Source: an uncultured Thermoleophilaceae bacterium (lineage in GTDB: Bacteria > Actinomycetota > Thermoleophilia > Solirubrobacterales > Thermoleophilaceae). Taken from it: 64,000 nucleotides of DNA. Each line of letters opens with the position of its first letter. Position 1 is the stretch's first letter. Below the pieces are notes generated by a model. The model ran no database searches. It worked only from the letters and a program-made list of their open reading frames with translations, and was not told where the DNA came from. The translations under genes were made by a program, and so were the position numbers. The stretch spans positions 11,001 to 75,000 of the forward strand of contig CAVSWF010000001.1 in NCBI GenBank assembly GCA_963731645.1, in the 5' to 3' direction. Shown here piece after piece: positions 33,261 to 43,763 of this stretch.

Positions 33261-34327
33261 TCAGGCGGCCAGCAGCCGCGTGGCCGTGGCCTTGAACACC
33301 GCCACCGTCTGCGCCCCGGGAGCGAGCTCGAGCGCCTCTGCCGCGCCGGCGGTGAGCTCCGCCGTGAGCGGCTGAGGCGCGAGCAGGCCCACCCGGACCC
33401 GGTTGGCCACCGGCGTGACCGAGGCCACGGTCGCCGGCACGCGGTTCTGGGCCGACCCCCCGCGGTCGGCGCCCGGGGGCTCGAGGGCGATCTCCCACGG
33501 GTGCACGGTCACGCGTCACCCGGCCGGAGGCCGTGTCGATGCTCGTGACCGTGCCGCCACCGTCGAGCGCCACCTCGGTGAGGCCGTCCGCCCGGCCGTG
33601 TGCGTCGCCGGACAGCACCACCGAGCCCGTCAGGTCGGCCACGAACGCCGACGCGGGCCGGGCCGTCAGCTCGCCGGCGACACCCGTCTGGACCACCCTG
33701 CCGGCGTCCATCACGGCGATGCGATCGGCCAGCATCGCGGCCTCCTCGAAGTCGTGGGTGACCAGGATGGCGGGCACCGCGGCATCGGCCAGCAGCGCGG
33801 CCAGCTCGCGGCCGGCGTTCGCCCGGGTGCGGGAGTCGAGGGCCGACAGCGGCTCGTCGAGCAGCAGCGCGCGCGGACGCCGGGCGAGCGCGCGGGCGAG
33901 CGCCACCCGCTGGCGCTCTCCCCCCGACAGGGTCGTGACCCGTGCACCGGCGCGATGCGAGAGCCCGAAGCGCTCGAGCAGCGCGTGCGCGCGCTCGCGC
34001 CGCTCGGCCCGCGGCAGATCCGCCATGCCGTAGGCCACGTTTCGCCACGCGTCGAGGTTGGGAAACAGCGCGTAGTCCTGGAAGAGCATCCCGACGCGGC
34101 GGCGGTCGGGCGCAAGCGCGATCCCGCGCTCGGTGTCGAGCCACACCTCGCCCGCGCACTCCACCCGGCCGTGCGCCGGCCGGGCGAGCCCGGCGGCCAT
34201 CCGCAGCACGGAGGTCTTCCCGGCGCCCGAGGGCCCGGCGAGGGCCAGGCACTCGCCCGGGTCGACCCGCGAGGCCGACGTCCAGCGCGAGCGGCCCGAC
34301 CTCCCCGCGCAGCTCAAGCGCGAGCAT
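33261..34327 (-). CDS. modC: Molybdate ABC transporter ATPase with a TOBE C-terminus, with two frame changes
   Basis: GPSGAGKTS, LSGGERQRVALARAL, LLLDEP (track 32977..34941). TOBE-like end in track 33261..33512. Confidence 0.85.
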
Positions 34328-35122
34328 CGCCGAGCACCCGGTAGGCGGGCGCGAGCTTCACGCCCATCAGGATCGCCGCGCTGAGCACCACCAGCACCGC
34401 CGAGAGCGCCAGCGCCCCGGTGAAGTCGTCCGCGAAGCGCTCGTAGATGGCGAGCGGCGCGGTCTGGGTCACGCCGCTGAGGCTCCCGGCGAACACCAGG
34501 GTCGCGCCGAACTCGCCCAGCGCCCGGCCCCCCGCCAGTGCGCCGCCGGCCACCAGGCCCCCCAGCGCGTTCGGCACCGCCACGCGCGCGAAGGTGCGCG
34601 CCTCGCTCGCGCCGAGCGTGCGGGAGGCCTCGATCAGAGCCGGGTCGAGCGCCCCGAACGCGGCCAGGGCCTGGCGGACGTAGAAGGGGGTCGCCACGAA
34701 GGTGAGGGCGACCACCACGCCGGCGGTCTGGAAGACCAGCTCGACGCCCGGCGTCCTCGAGGGCGCCGCCGAGGAGCCCGGCCGGGCCGAGCGCCGCGAG
34801 CAGCGCGATTCCGGCCACGGCCGGAGGGACCACCAGCGGCAGCTCCACCAGCGTGATGGCGGCGGCCCTGCCCCGGAAGCTGCGGGTGGCCAGCAGCCAC
34901 GCGGCAGGCGTGCCGAAGACCACGATCAGCGCGAGGGCCACGACCGGTCGCCTCGAAGCTCAGCACCAGGGCGTCGAGCACGCCCGGGTCGTCGAGGCTC
35001 GAGATCAGCTCCGCGGGACCGACGTCCAGGAAGATCGCCAGGAGCGGCAGGGTGAGGAAACCGAGCACGAGGGCGAGGGCCAGCACGAGCCCGACGGTGA
35101 ACGCCGTTCCCGAACGGCTCAT
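34314..35122 (-). CDS. modB: Molybdate ABC transporter permease, with two frame changes
   Basis: ATG at 35120-35122 overlaps the modA stop (ATGA). EAA-loop region IEASRTLGASEARTFARVAVPNA (track 34314..34718). Confidence 0.85.
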
Positions 35123-35908
35123 TCCGGAGGCGGCTCGAAGCCGGCCTTGCGCAGCGCCTCGGCGCCCGCGCCGCTGAGCAGGCCGTCGACGAACCGCCTG
35201 GCCGCCTCGGGCTCCTTCGCGCCGTCGACCACCGCCGCGCCGTACTCCACGCTCGGCCGGAGGCTCTCGGGCAGCTCGATCGCGCTGCACGCTCGTCGCC
35301 GGCCGCCGTCGACGTCGGTGATGTAGAGGAAGCCGGCGTCGGCGCGCGCCCTGGGTGAGCTTGCCGACCACCCCGCTCACGTCGGGCTCCTCCGAGCGCA
35401 CGTTGGCGAGGATCGCCCTGCTCTCGTCCGCCGGCAGGCGCGAGAGGACCTCGCGCGTGTACTCGCCGACCGGCACCGACTCGGCGCCCGATGGCGAGCT
35501 TCAGGCCGTCCCGGGCGAGGTCGCCGATCTCCTCGATCGTCGTCGTTGCCGGCGGCGACGGCGATCACCAGCCGGTTGCCCGCGAAGGTGACCGGCTTCT
35601 CCACGAGCCCCTCGCGGAAGAGCTGGTCGGGGAGCTTCGTGTTGGCCGCGGCGTACACGTCGGGCTCCACCCCCTGGCGGATCTGGGCGGCCAGCTCGTC
35701 CGAGCCCGCGAACGAGAAGCGCGCGGTGGCCCCGGAGAAGCTCTCGCCGTAGTCCTCGAACGCCGTCTGGTGAGCGAGGCGGCGGCCGAGACCGTGAGGC
35801 GCGGCTCGCCCGTGCCGCCCGGTCCGTCGTCGTCGCCGCACCCGGCGAGGCCGAGGACGCGACCGAGGCGGTGAGCGCCGCCGCTGCGCGCGCGAAGCGC
35901 CGCTTCAC
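35119..35908 (-). CDS. modA: Molybdate-binding periplasmic protein (lipoprotein-type signal), with at least 3 frame changes
   Basis: GTG at 35906-35908 overlaps the regulator stop. MKRRFARAAAALTASVASSA..., FSFAGSDELAAQIRQGVEPDVYAAANTKLPDQL, VTFAGNRLVIAV. The end reads GFEPPPE. Confidence 0.8.
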
Positions 35909-36319
35909 CGGCCGGACGTGCGCTCGATCATCACCGAGGTGGCCTTGACCGCCGCCGTGGCGGGCACCCCGGGCGCCAGGCCGAGCTCCTCCACCGCGTC
36001 GCGGGTCACGGCCGCGGTCACGAGGTGCGGCCCGGCCTCTATCTCCACGAGCGCCATCACGCCGTCCACCTCGACCGAGCGCACGACGCCGGCGAAGCGG
36101 TTGCGGGCCGAGAGCTCATCGCCCGCGCGGTGGCGCGTCCGGCCTCGACGCCAGGCGGCTGACCTCGGCCTGGGGCACCCGGCGCCGGTTGGCGGGGTCG
36201 CGGACCGTGGCGAGCTTGCCGGCACGGTCCCAGCGGCGGAGGGTGTCCGCGCTCACGCCGATCGCGCGCGCCGCGTCGCCCAGGAGCAGTCCCTCCGGCT
36301 GGCCTCTCTTGCTCGCCAC
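35905..36319 (-). CDS. HTH (MerR/excisionase-type) plus TOBE/Mop domain regulator, likely molybdate-responsive, with one frame change near 36130
   Basis: LLLGDAARAIGVSADTLRRWDRAGKL (track 36116..36319), then SARNRFAGVVRSVEVDGVMALVEIEAG...VKATSVMI (track 35905..36225). Confidence 0.7.
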
Positions 36320-36341
36320 TGCCTAAGCATTGCATAGGCAG
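36319..36341. promoter_or_regulatory. Palindromic operator candidate at the 5' end of the mod regulator gene
   Basis: CTGCCTA-AGCATTGCA-TAGGCAG, two 7-nt arms abutting the GTG start at 36317-36319. Confidence 0.4.
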
Positions 36342-36395
36342 TCTGAAGGCGCCGGACGCGGGGCAGCGTAACCCGCGGCACTACCATCGCGGGCG

Positions 36396-37267
36396 ATGAC
36401 GAGCGCGCAGGTCATCGAGCGCCATCGCCGCGCGGGGCGCGAGTTCGAGGCGGGTGGCGTGCGCAGCTTCGTGCGGGAGGAGGGCGCGGGCGAGTCCCGG
36501 TGGTGTGCGTCCACGGCGTGCCCGTCGTCCTGCTTCCTCTACCGCAAGGTGCTGGCGGAGCTCGCGACCCGCGGGCCTGCGCGGCGTGGCCTTCGACCTG
36601 CCCGGCCTCGGGCTGGCCGAGCGGCGGCCCACCTACGACTACAGCTGGACCGGGCTGGGGCGGTTCGCCCTCGCCGCGGTGGACGCGCTCGGGCTCGGAG
36701 CGCTTCCACCTCGTGGTCCACGACATCGGCGGGCCGGTGGGCTTCGAGCTGGCGGCCGCCGCGCGCGACCGGATCCTCTCGCTCACCGTGCTCAACACCA
36801 TGGTGGAGGTCGACACCTTCCGCCGCCCCTGGTCGATGGAGCCGTTCGCCCATGCCGGGGTCGGCGAGCTGTACCTGCGCACGCTCACCAAGCCGGCCTT
36901 CCGGATGCTGATGGGCCTCCAGGGCGTGGGCGACATGTCCAAGATCGATCGGGCCGAGCTGGACTCCTACGTCGACCTGCTCAAGCGCGAGGACGAGGGC
37001 TGGGCCTTCCTGCGCATCATGCGGGGCTTCGAGCGCACCCGCGAGAAGCGAGACCTCTACGTGTCGACCCTCCGCGATGTCCCCTATCCGGTGCAGGTCG
37101 TGTGGGGCGCCGACGACCCGGCGCTCACCCTGGCCGTCCACGGCGAGCAGGCCCGCGCCGCGGCCGGGGTCGAGCGCGTCCACGCCGTCCGCGCCAAGCA
37201 CTTCCTCCAGGAGGACCAGCCCGCGGCCGTCGCCGAGCGCGTCGCCGAGCTCTCAGCCGCCGGGTAG
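36396..37267 (+). CDS. Alpha/beta hydrolase (haloalkane dehalogenase-like), with at least 3 frame changes
   Basis: MTSAQVIERHRRAGREFEAGGVRSF (track 36396..), VCVHGVP, FHLVVHDIGGPVGF, and the long C-terminal part in track 36500..37267. Confidence 0.75.
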
Positions 37268-37717
37268 CGGCGAGCCGGCGAAGAAGAAGAACCAGATGGC
37301 GAGGGCGAGGGTCGCCGTCGACACGCTGAGCACCATCACGACGTCGAGCACGCTGTGCTCGTGGCGCGAGTCGTCCTCGCCGCGCATGGAGCGGTGCCAC
37401 GGCATGCGCACGCGAACCGTCGACCGGACGCCGGCCAGTCGCCCGTAGACGCGGTTGAGGGCGGCCAGGAGCTTGGCGACGATCACCACGGACACCACGA
37501 TGCCGGCCAGCACGGCCATGTAGGGCCCGAACCCGGTGGCCTGGGAGTCCGACTGGATCTGGGATCCGATCCACAGCCAGCCGATCGGGATGCCGATCCA
37601 CAGCGTCACGCTGAGGACCGCCATGAGGGCGATGAGGCTTGCCTTTGCCACTCGGCCGCATCGATCTATTTGCGCTCCTTGCCGGGGATTGAGAGGGTCG
37701 CGCCATCTCGGTGCCAC
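37253..37717 (-). CDS. Membrane protein of unknown function
   Basis: Intact ORF with three hydrophobic segments (LIALMAVLSVTLWIGIPIGWLWIG, YMAVLAGIVVSVVIVAKLL, VVMVLSVSTATLALAIWFFFF). The real start may be the GTG near 37651. Confidence 0.45.
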   Translation of the reverse strand: MAPRWRDPLNPRQGAQIDRCGRVAKASLIALMAVLSVTLWIGIPIGWLWIGSQIQSDSQATGFGPYMAVLAGIVVSVVIVAKLLAALNRVYGRLAGVRSTVRVRMPWHRSMRGEDDSRHEHSVLDVVMVLSVSTATLALAIWFFFFAGSPLPGG

Positions 37718-38250
37718 CGCAACGCCTCGCCGTGGCGGCGGACGCCCCGCGAATCTCCGAGCTGATGCGGGAGTCCGTGCTCGAGCTGTTCCCGCATTTC
37801 TACGACGGGCGGCAGACCGCCAGTGCTGCGGTTCACATCGCCAAGCTCGACATGAGGCTCATCGAGGATGGCACCTTTTTCGTCCACGAGCACGGTGGCG
37901 AGCTCGTCGCGTGCGGCGGTTGGAGCAGGCGCCACAAGCTCTACACCGGCCCGGCCGCGGGCGAGGATGACGGCCGTCTGCTCGACCCGCAGACCGAGCC
38001 TGCCCGCGTGCGAGCCATGTTCGTCCGCGGCGACTGGACGAGGCGGGGTCTCGGGCGCGCGATCCTCGACTCGTCCGAGCGCGCCGCCCGCGACGAGGGG
38101 TTCACGAACCTGGTTGTGGGGGCGACGCTTCCCGGCGAGCCTCTCTACCGGTCATTCGGCTTCCGCGAGATCGAGCGGTTCACGCTGACGATGCCCGATG
38201 GCGTCGCGATCGCGGGCGTCGCGATGGAACGTCCGGTCAGCGCTCCTGTA
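37711..38250 (+). CDS. GNAT family N-acetyltransferase; 3' end approximate
   Basis: VRAMFVRGDWTRRGLGRAILDSSERAARDEGF (acetyl-CoA loop R-x-x-G-x-G). The track ORF continues without a stop to 38700, antisense to the next gene. Confidence 0.7.
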
Positions 38251-38882
38251 CTTGAGGTGGGTGACGCCGGGCGCCTCGACGGCCCGGACCTGCTCGAGCT
38301 GCACCTCCGCGTCCCCGAGGTTGTCGAAGATCCGAGCACCGTCGCCGAGCACCACCGGAACGACGTGGAGCTCGAGTTCGTCCAGCAGTCCCGCTGCCAG
38401 GTACTGCTGCACGACCTGGCCGCCGCCCGACAGCATCACGTCCTTGCCGCCGGCGGCGTCCTTTGCCTGGTCGAGCGCGGACTCGATTCCGTCGGTGACG
38501 AAGTGGAACGTGGTACCTCCCTCCATCACCACGGGCTCACGCGGGTGATGGGTGAGGATGAACACCGGGTAGTGGTAGGGAGGGTCGTCGCCCCACCAGC
38601 CGGTCCACCCGCTCGTCGCCCCAGGGCCCACCGCCGATCGGACCGAACATGTTTCGACCCATCACGCCGGCCCCGATGTTCTCGACCGATTCCTCCATGA
38701 CCGCGCGTGCTCTCGTTCACCTCGCCGCCCTGCTTGCCGTGGGGTTCGCGCCAGGCTGCCAGCGGAACGACCCAATCGTGGAGCCGCTCGCCGCCCTCGC
38801 CGAGCGGGTTCTCCTCGCTCTGGTTCGGGCCGGCGACGCAACCGTCCAGCGAGATCGAGATGGAACACCTGAGCTTGCTCAT
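38236..38882 (-). CDS. Dihydrofolate reductase-family (RibD C-terminal domain) protein, with at least 2 frame changes; 3' end approximate
   Basis: MSKLRCSISISLDGCVAGPN (track 38526..38888), then FILTHHPREPVVMEGGTTFHFV...VMLSGGGQVVQQYLAAGLLDELELHVVPVVLG (track 38152..38631). Confidence 0.7.
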
Positions 38883-38887
38883 CGCCA

Positions 38888-38961
38888 TGGAGCTGGGGGG
38901 ATTCGAACCCCCGACCTTTCGGCTGCCAGCCGAACGCTCTAGCCATCTGAGCTACAGCCCC
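38888..38961 (-). tRNA. tRNA-Ala (anticodon GGC), CCA not encoded
   Basis: Minus strand reads GGGGCTGTAGCTCAGATGGCTAGAGCGTTCGGCTGGCAGCCGAAAGGTCGGGGGTTCGAATCCCCCCAGCTCCA. It has a 7-bp acceptor stem with G3:U70, the anticodon loop CTGGCAG, and a GGTTCGAATCC T-arm. Confidence 0.92.
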
Positions 38962-38986
38962 GAGAGCGGTGCAGTCGTAGTCGCGG

Positions 38987-39376
38987 CTACTTCACCGCGC
39001 GCGACGGCGCGTCGCCCCAGAGGTTCTCCAGCCGGTAGAAGTCGCGCTCCTGGGGCGTGAAGACGTGCAGGACGCAGTCGAGGTAGTCGAGCAGGATCCA
39101 GCGGGCCTCGCGAGCGCCCTCGACCCGGCGCGGCAGCAGCCCCTCGGTGTCCTTCAGCTCCTGGTAGACGGACTCGTGGATCGCCCTGGTCTGGCGCTCG
39201 GTGTTGCCCGAGCACACGACGAAGAAGTCGGTGTAGGCCACCAGGCCGCGCAGATCGAGCACGCGGATGTCGATGGCCTTGCGGTCGGACGCGATCTGCG
39301 CGATCCGCTCGCGCCAGCGCCTCGGAGTCCAGGCCGTGCGGCCTGGTCCGGCGGGCACCGGACGCTCGGGGCTCAT
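38987..39376 (-). CDS. rsfS: Ribosome silencing factor RsfS (iojap), intact
   Basis: 129-aa ORF with DIRVLDLRGLVAYTDFFVVCSGNTERQTRAI...WILLDYLDCVLHVF. Confidence 0.9.
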   Translation of the reverse strand: MSPERPVPAGPGRTAWTPRRWRERIAQIASDRKAIDIRVLDLRGLVAYTDFFVVCSGNTERQTRAIHESVYQELKDTEGLLPRRVEGAREARWILLDYLDCVLHVFTPQERDFYRLENLWGDAPSRAVK

Positions 39377-40005
39377 CCGCTCGCCGCCGCGGCCGCGCCG
39401 TAGAGGCTCTGTGCTCGATCTCGCTCACCACGCCGTCGGGCACGAGATAGCGGATCGGGAGGCCGGACGCGATCCGCGCGCGCACGAGCGACGAGGAGAC
39501 GTCGATGCGCGGCATGTCGAAGAAGTCGAGCCGCTCGGCGGCCGCGACCCCGTCCGCGGACGCGAGGCCCTGCGAGCCGGCGAAGCACCGACTCGCGCTC
39601 GACTCCCTCCCTCGAGGCGACCGCCACCCGGGCCAGGGACAGCACCTCGTCCGGCTCGTGCCAGCCGGGCAGCTCCGACGCCTGGTCGGCGCCGAGGATC
39701 AGCGTCAGCTCGTCGCTCGGGCGGCGCCGCGCGACAGCAGGCGCAGCGTGTCCGACGTGTACGACGGCCCGTCGCGGTCGACCTCCACCCGCGACACCTC
39801 GAGCCGGGCGTCGTCGCGGACCGCCGCCTCGCACAGCCGCGACCCGGGCCTCGGCGCCCGGGTCCGCCTCGAGCGTCGCGGTGCGGCGCCTCGCCCACCG
39901 GCACGAGCAGGACCCGCTCGAGGACGAGCTGCGACCACGCCTCCTGCGCGCAGACCAGATGCCCGAGGTGCGGAGGGTTGAAGGCGCCCCCGAGGATTCC
40001 CGTCC
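39373..40005 (-). CDS. nadD: Nicotinate-nucleotide adenylyltransferase, with at least 4 frame changes; start not resolved
   Basis: GILGGAFNPPHLGHL (track 39425..40516), SYTSDTLRLL (39705..39938), LILGADQASELPGWHEP (39373..39834), IDVSSSLVRARIASGLPIRYLVPDGV (38952..39515). Confidence 0.8.
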   Translation of the reverse strand, partial: GRESSGAPSTLRTSGIWSARRRRGRSSSSSGSCSCRWARRRTATLEADPGAEARVAAVRGGGPRRRPARGVAGGGRPRRAVVHVGHAAPAVARRRPSDELTLILGADQASELPGWHEPDEVLSLARVAVASREGVERESVLRRLAGPRVRGRGRGRRAARLLRHAAHRRLLVARARADRVRPPDPLSRARRRGERDRAQSLYGAAAAASG

Positions 40006-40013
40006 GCAGAGCG

Positions 40014-41291
40014 GCTACTCCCTGACCTGGCCCGAGCCCTCGGCCACGAACTTGTAGCTCGTGAGCTCGCGCACGCCGATCGGCCCGCGCGCGTGCAGCT
40101 TCTGGGTCGAGTTGCCGATCTCGGCGCCCATGCCGAAGACGCTGCCGTCGGTGAAGCGGGTGGAGGCGTTCACGTAGACGCAGGCCGCGTCGACCTGGGT
40201 GGTGAACGCCCGCGCAGGCCGCGGCCGATCCGGTCACGATCGCCTCGGAGTGGCCGGACCCGTAGCGGTTCACGTGCTCGATCGCCTCGGCCGTGGAGTC
40301 CACCACCTTCACCGCGAGGATCAGCGCGTGGTACTCGGTGGCCCAGTCGTCCTCGTCGGCGTCGGTCAGCGAGTCGGCGAGGTCGCCCGAGGCCGCCCGC
40401 GCGCGGCCGTCGACGCGCAGCTCGACACCCGACTCGCGCAGCTCCCGCAGGGCCCGCGGCAGGAACTCGCCGGCGACGCCGGAGTGCACGAGCAGCGTCT
40501 CCGCCGCGTTGCACACGCCCGGGCCGCTGGACCTTGGCGTTGAGGATGATGGCCCGCGCGTCGTCGAGGTCGGCGCTCTCGTCGACGTAGACGTGGCAGT
40601 TGCCCGCCGCGGCGTACATGACGGGCACGGTGGCGTGCTCCTTCAGCGCGGCCTTCAGCCCCTCGCCGCCGCGGGGGATGATCAGGTCGACCACGCCGTC
40701 CTGGGTGGCGAGCTGGCGCAGCTCGTCGCGGTCGCCGCCCGACACGAGCGAGATCGCGGCCGGCGGGATGCCCACCGACGCCACGGCCGACGGACGCCAC
40801 CTGGGCGAGGACGGCGTTGGAGTGAGCCGCCGTGGACGAGCCGCGAAGCACGATCGCGTTGCCGGACTTCAGGCACAGGGCGGAGCAGTCGATCGTCACG
40901 TTGGGCCGCGCCTCGTAGACCACGGCCACCACGCCGAGCGGCACCCGCACCCGCCGTACGTCGAGGCCGTTGGGCAGCCGGTGGCCCTCGATCGTCTCGC
41001 CCACGGGATCGGGCAGGCGCGGCGATCGTGCGGACGTCGGTGGCGATCGCCGCCAGCCGCGCCTCGTCGAGGTGCAGCCGGTCGAGCAGCGCCGGGCCGA
41101 GACCGCCCTCGGTGCCCGCCTCCATGTCGCGCGCGTTGGCCTCGAGGATCTCCGCCGCGCGGTCCTCGAGGGCGGCGGCCATGGCGAGCAGCGCCGCGTC
41201 CTTCGTGGCGCTGTCGAGGCCCGCGAGAACGCGCGATGCGTCCCGCGCGGCGAGGCAGACGTCCGCTCACCGAGGTTGCCGTGGCGGCCAT
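40014..41291 (-). CDS. proA: Gamma-glutamyl phosphate reductase, with at least 5 frame changes
   Basis: ATG at 41289-41291. [11 protein letters not shown] (40682..41182), [33 protein letters not shown] (40366..41298), [10 protein letters not shown] (40170..40784), catalytic Cys [10 protein letters not shown] (39425..40516). The end reads GSGQVRE, stop at 40014. Confidence 0.85.
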
Positions 41292-41323
41292 GGGCCAAAG
41301 CCTACCGGCCGGGCTCAAGGAGC

Positions 41324-42433
41324 TCAGTCGAGGACGAAATAGTCGCGGTGCACGGCCTCCTCGGCGGCGCGGGGCATGAGCTCTCGCACCTGCTCGGACT
41401 TCATCCCCTTGATGCGCCGGAGCTCCTTGGAGGAGTAGTTCACGATCCCCTTGCCGATCGGCCGCGAGCCGTCGCCCGCGGTCCGCACGCCCACGGCGTC
41501 GCCCGCGGAGAACTCGCCCGCCACGTCGACGATCCCCACCGGCAGCAGGCTCGTGCCGCGCTCGCTGCAGCGCACGCGCCGCGCCCTCGTCGACGGCGAC
41601 GGTGCCGTGCGTGGGCTTGGCGTAGCGCAGCCACAGCTTGAAGCTCGACACCCGCCCCTGCTGGGGGTGGAAGAGCGTGCCCGCGGGCTCGCCCCGCAGC
41701 GCCGCCGCCACGGCCCGGGATCCGTGCCGCGGGCGATCACGGACGGGATGCCGGCCGCGGTGGCCATCTCCGCGGCCACCACCTTCGAGCGCATCCCGCC
41801 GGAGCCGAGCGGCGAGGCCGAGAAGCCGATCTGAAGGCCCTCGATCTCCTCGAAGGACCTGACCTCGTCGATCCGCTCGGCCGAGCGTCGCGGGCGGGGT
41901 CGGCGGTGTGCAGGCCGTCGGTGTCGGTGAGCAGCAGCAGCCGGTCGGCCCCCAGGAGGATCGCCACCTGGGCGGCCAGGAAGTCGTTGTCGCCGAAGGA
42001 GATCTCGTCGGTGGTGGTGGTGTCGTTCTCGTTGATCACCGGGACCACGCGCCAGTCCACCAGCTTGCGCAGCGTGTGACGCGCGTTGAGGTAGTGGGTG
42101 CGCGCCGAGAGGTCGAAGAAGGTGAGCAGCACCTGCGCGCTCGCCACCCCGTGCTCGGCCAGCAGCGCGTCGTAGGCGCGGTACAGGGGGCCCTGCCCGA
42201 CCGCCGAGGCGGCCTGCAGCTCGGCCATCGCCGTCGGCCGCGCGTCGAGGCCCATGATCCGGATTCCCCGGGCGATCGCCCCCGAGGTGACCAGCACGAG
42301 CGAGTCGCCGGCGGCGTGGCGGGCCGCCACCTCCTCGCATATCGGCGCCACGACGTCGAGGCGGACCTCCCCCCGGGAGTCCGCCACGATGCTCGAGCCG
42401 AGCTTGACTACTACGGTCGCCACGGCGGGGAGG
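41324..42433 (-). CDS. proB: Glutamate 5-kinase with a PUA domain, with at least 2 frame changes
   Basis: GTG at 42431-42433, then VVVKLGSSIV...VLVTSGAIA...VINENDTTTTDEISFGDND (41737..42672). GSGGMRSKVVAA and the PUA end GKGIVNYSSKELRRIKG (41324..42340). Confidence 0.85.
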   Translation of the reverse strand, partial: PPRRGDRSSQARLEHRGGLPGGGPPRRRGADMRGGGGPPRRRRLARAGHLGGDRPGNPDHGPRRAADGDGRAAGRLGGRAGPPVPRLRRAAGRARGGERAGAAHLLRPLGAHPLPQRASHAAQAGGLARGPGDQRERHHHHRRDLLRRQRLPGRPGGDPPGGRPAAAAHRHRRPAHRRPRPRRSAERIDEVRSFEEIEGLQIGFSASPLGSGGMRSKVVAAEMATAAGIPSVIARGTDPGPWRRRCGASPRARSSTPSRGGCRASSCGCATPSPRTAPSPSTRARRVRCSERGTSLLPVGIVDVAGEFSAGDAVGVRTAGDGSRPIGKGIVNYSSKELRRIKGMKSEQVRELMPRAAEEAVHRDYFVLD

Positions 42434-42458
42434 GTACGCGGCGCCTGCTCAGCGCGCG

Positions 42459-43757
42459 GCGCGCCCGGATCGAACTCGAACACCGTGCCGGCGATCTCCA
42501 CGTCGTCGCCCGCCTCGAAGCCCTCCGCCTCGAGGGCCTTGATCACCCCCATCGCGCGCAGGCGGTCCTCGAGGTAGCGCAGGGCCTCCTCGTTGCCGAG
42601 GTCGTGCCTGGCCAGCAGGCGCTCCACCCGCTCGCTCTCCACGCGAAACGCCCCCGGGCCGGTGCGCACCACCCGCAGCGGCGCGCCGGCGCCCGGGCGG
42701 TAGACGCGGTGGGTGGCCTCGATCTCAACATCGCGGGAGCTCGCGATCGTCCTCGGCGGGCGCGGGCACGTGGCCCACGAGCGCCGCCCGGAGGTCGTCG
42801 AGACCGGCGCCCGTGGCGGCCGAGGTGGCCATCACCTCGAGCGCCGAGTCGCCCAGGCGACTGCGACCATTCCGCCACCGCGGCCTCGGCCTCCTCGGGC
42901 GTCACCAGGTCGGCCTTGGAGAGGCAGAGGATCCGCGGCAGGCCCTCGAGCCCGGCCCCGTGATCGCGCAGCTCCGCCTCGATCGTCTTGTGGTTGGCCA
43001 CGGGGTCCGATCCGTCGAGGGGAGCGAGGTCGAGCACGTGCACCAGCAGCCGGCAGCGCTCGACGTGGGCGAGGAAGTCGTGCCCCAGGCCCGCGCCCTC
43101 GCTGGCGCCCTCGATGAGGCCCGGGATGTCGGCGAGCACCAGCTGCCCGTCGGGGACCTCGACCGTGCCGAGCACGGGGTCGATGGTGGTGAAGGGGTAG
43201 TCGGCCACCTTCGGCGTCGCCCTGGTGAGGCGCGAGAGCAGCGAGCTCTTGCCGGCGTTGGGGAGCCCGACCAGCCCCGCGTCGGCCAGCAGCTTGAGCC
43301 GCAGGTCCAGTCGCCCCTCCTCTCCCGGGAGGCCGCGCTCGGCCATGCGCGGCGTCTGGCGCGTCGCGGTCGCGAAGCCCTTGTTGCCCCGCCCGCCCGC
43401 GCCGCCGACGGCCACCACGGCCCGCTGACCGGGACGCAGGAGGTCCCACCGGACCTCGCGCTCGCGATCCTCGGCCACCGTGCCCGGCGGCACGCTGATC
43501 ACGAGCGGCGGAGCGCTCGCGCCGTGACGCTGGGAGCCCTCGCCGTGCCCGCCCCGCCCGGCCTTGAAGTGGGCGCCGCGGTGGAATTGGGACAGGTCGC
43601 GGCGCGACGGGTCGCACACGAGCACCACGTCCCCCCCGCGTCCGCCGTCGCCGCCGTCGGGCCCTCCCTTGGGCACGTGCGCCTCGCGCCGGAAGGAGAC
43701 AGAGCCGTCTCCGCCCGCCCCGGCGCGCACGAACACTGTGGCGCGGTCGTGGAACAC
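42459..43757 (-). CDS. obg: GTPase Obg/CgtA, with at least 2 frame changes; stop position inferred
   Basis: GTG at 43757. FHDRATVFVRAGAGGDGSVSFRREAHVPKGGPDGGDGGRGGDV, G1 motif GLPNAGKSSLL, DIPGLIEGA. The OCT-like end ...VEIAGTVFEFDPG lies in track 41737..42672, which reads on into proB without a stop. Confidence 0.88.
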
Positions 43758-43763
43758 ACCCCG

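Noticed and set aside
42400-42480. In-frame read-through from obg into proB (track ORF 41737..42672), suggesting an Obg-ProB fusion
   Set aside because: A TGA lies one frame away at 42459-42461 inside a GC-repeat (GGGCGCGCCGCGCGC). proB has its own GTG at 42433, and frame errors are frequent here. The read-through is most likely a lost stop caused by an indel.
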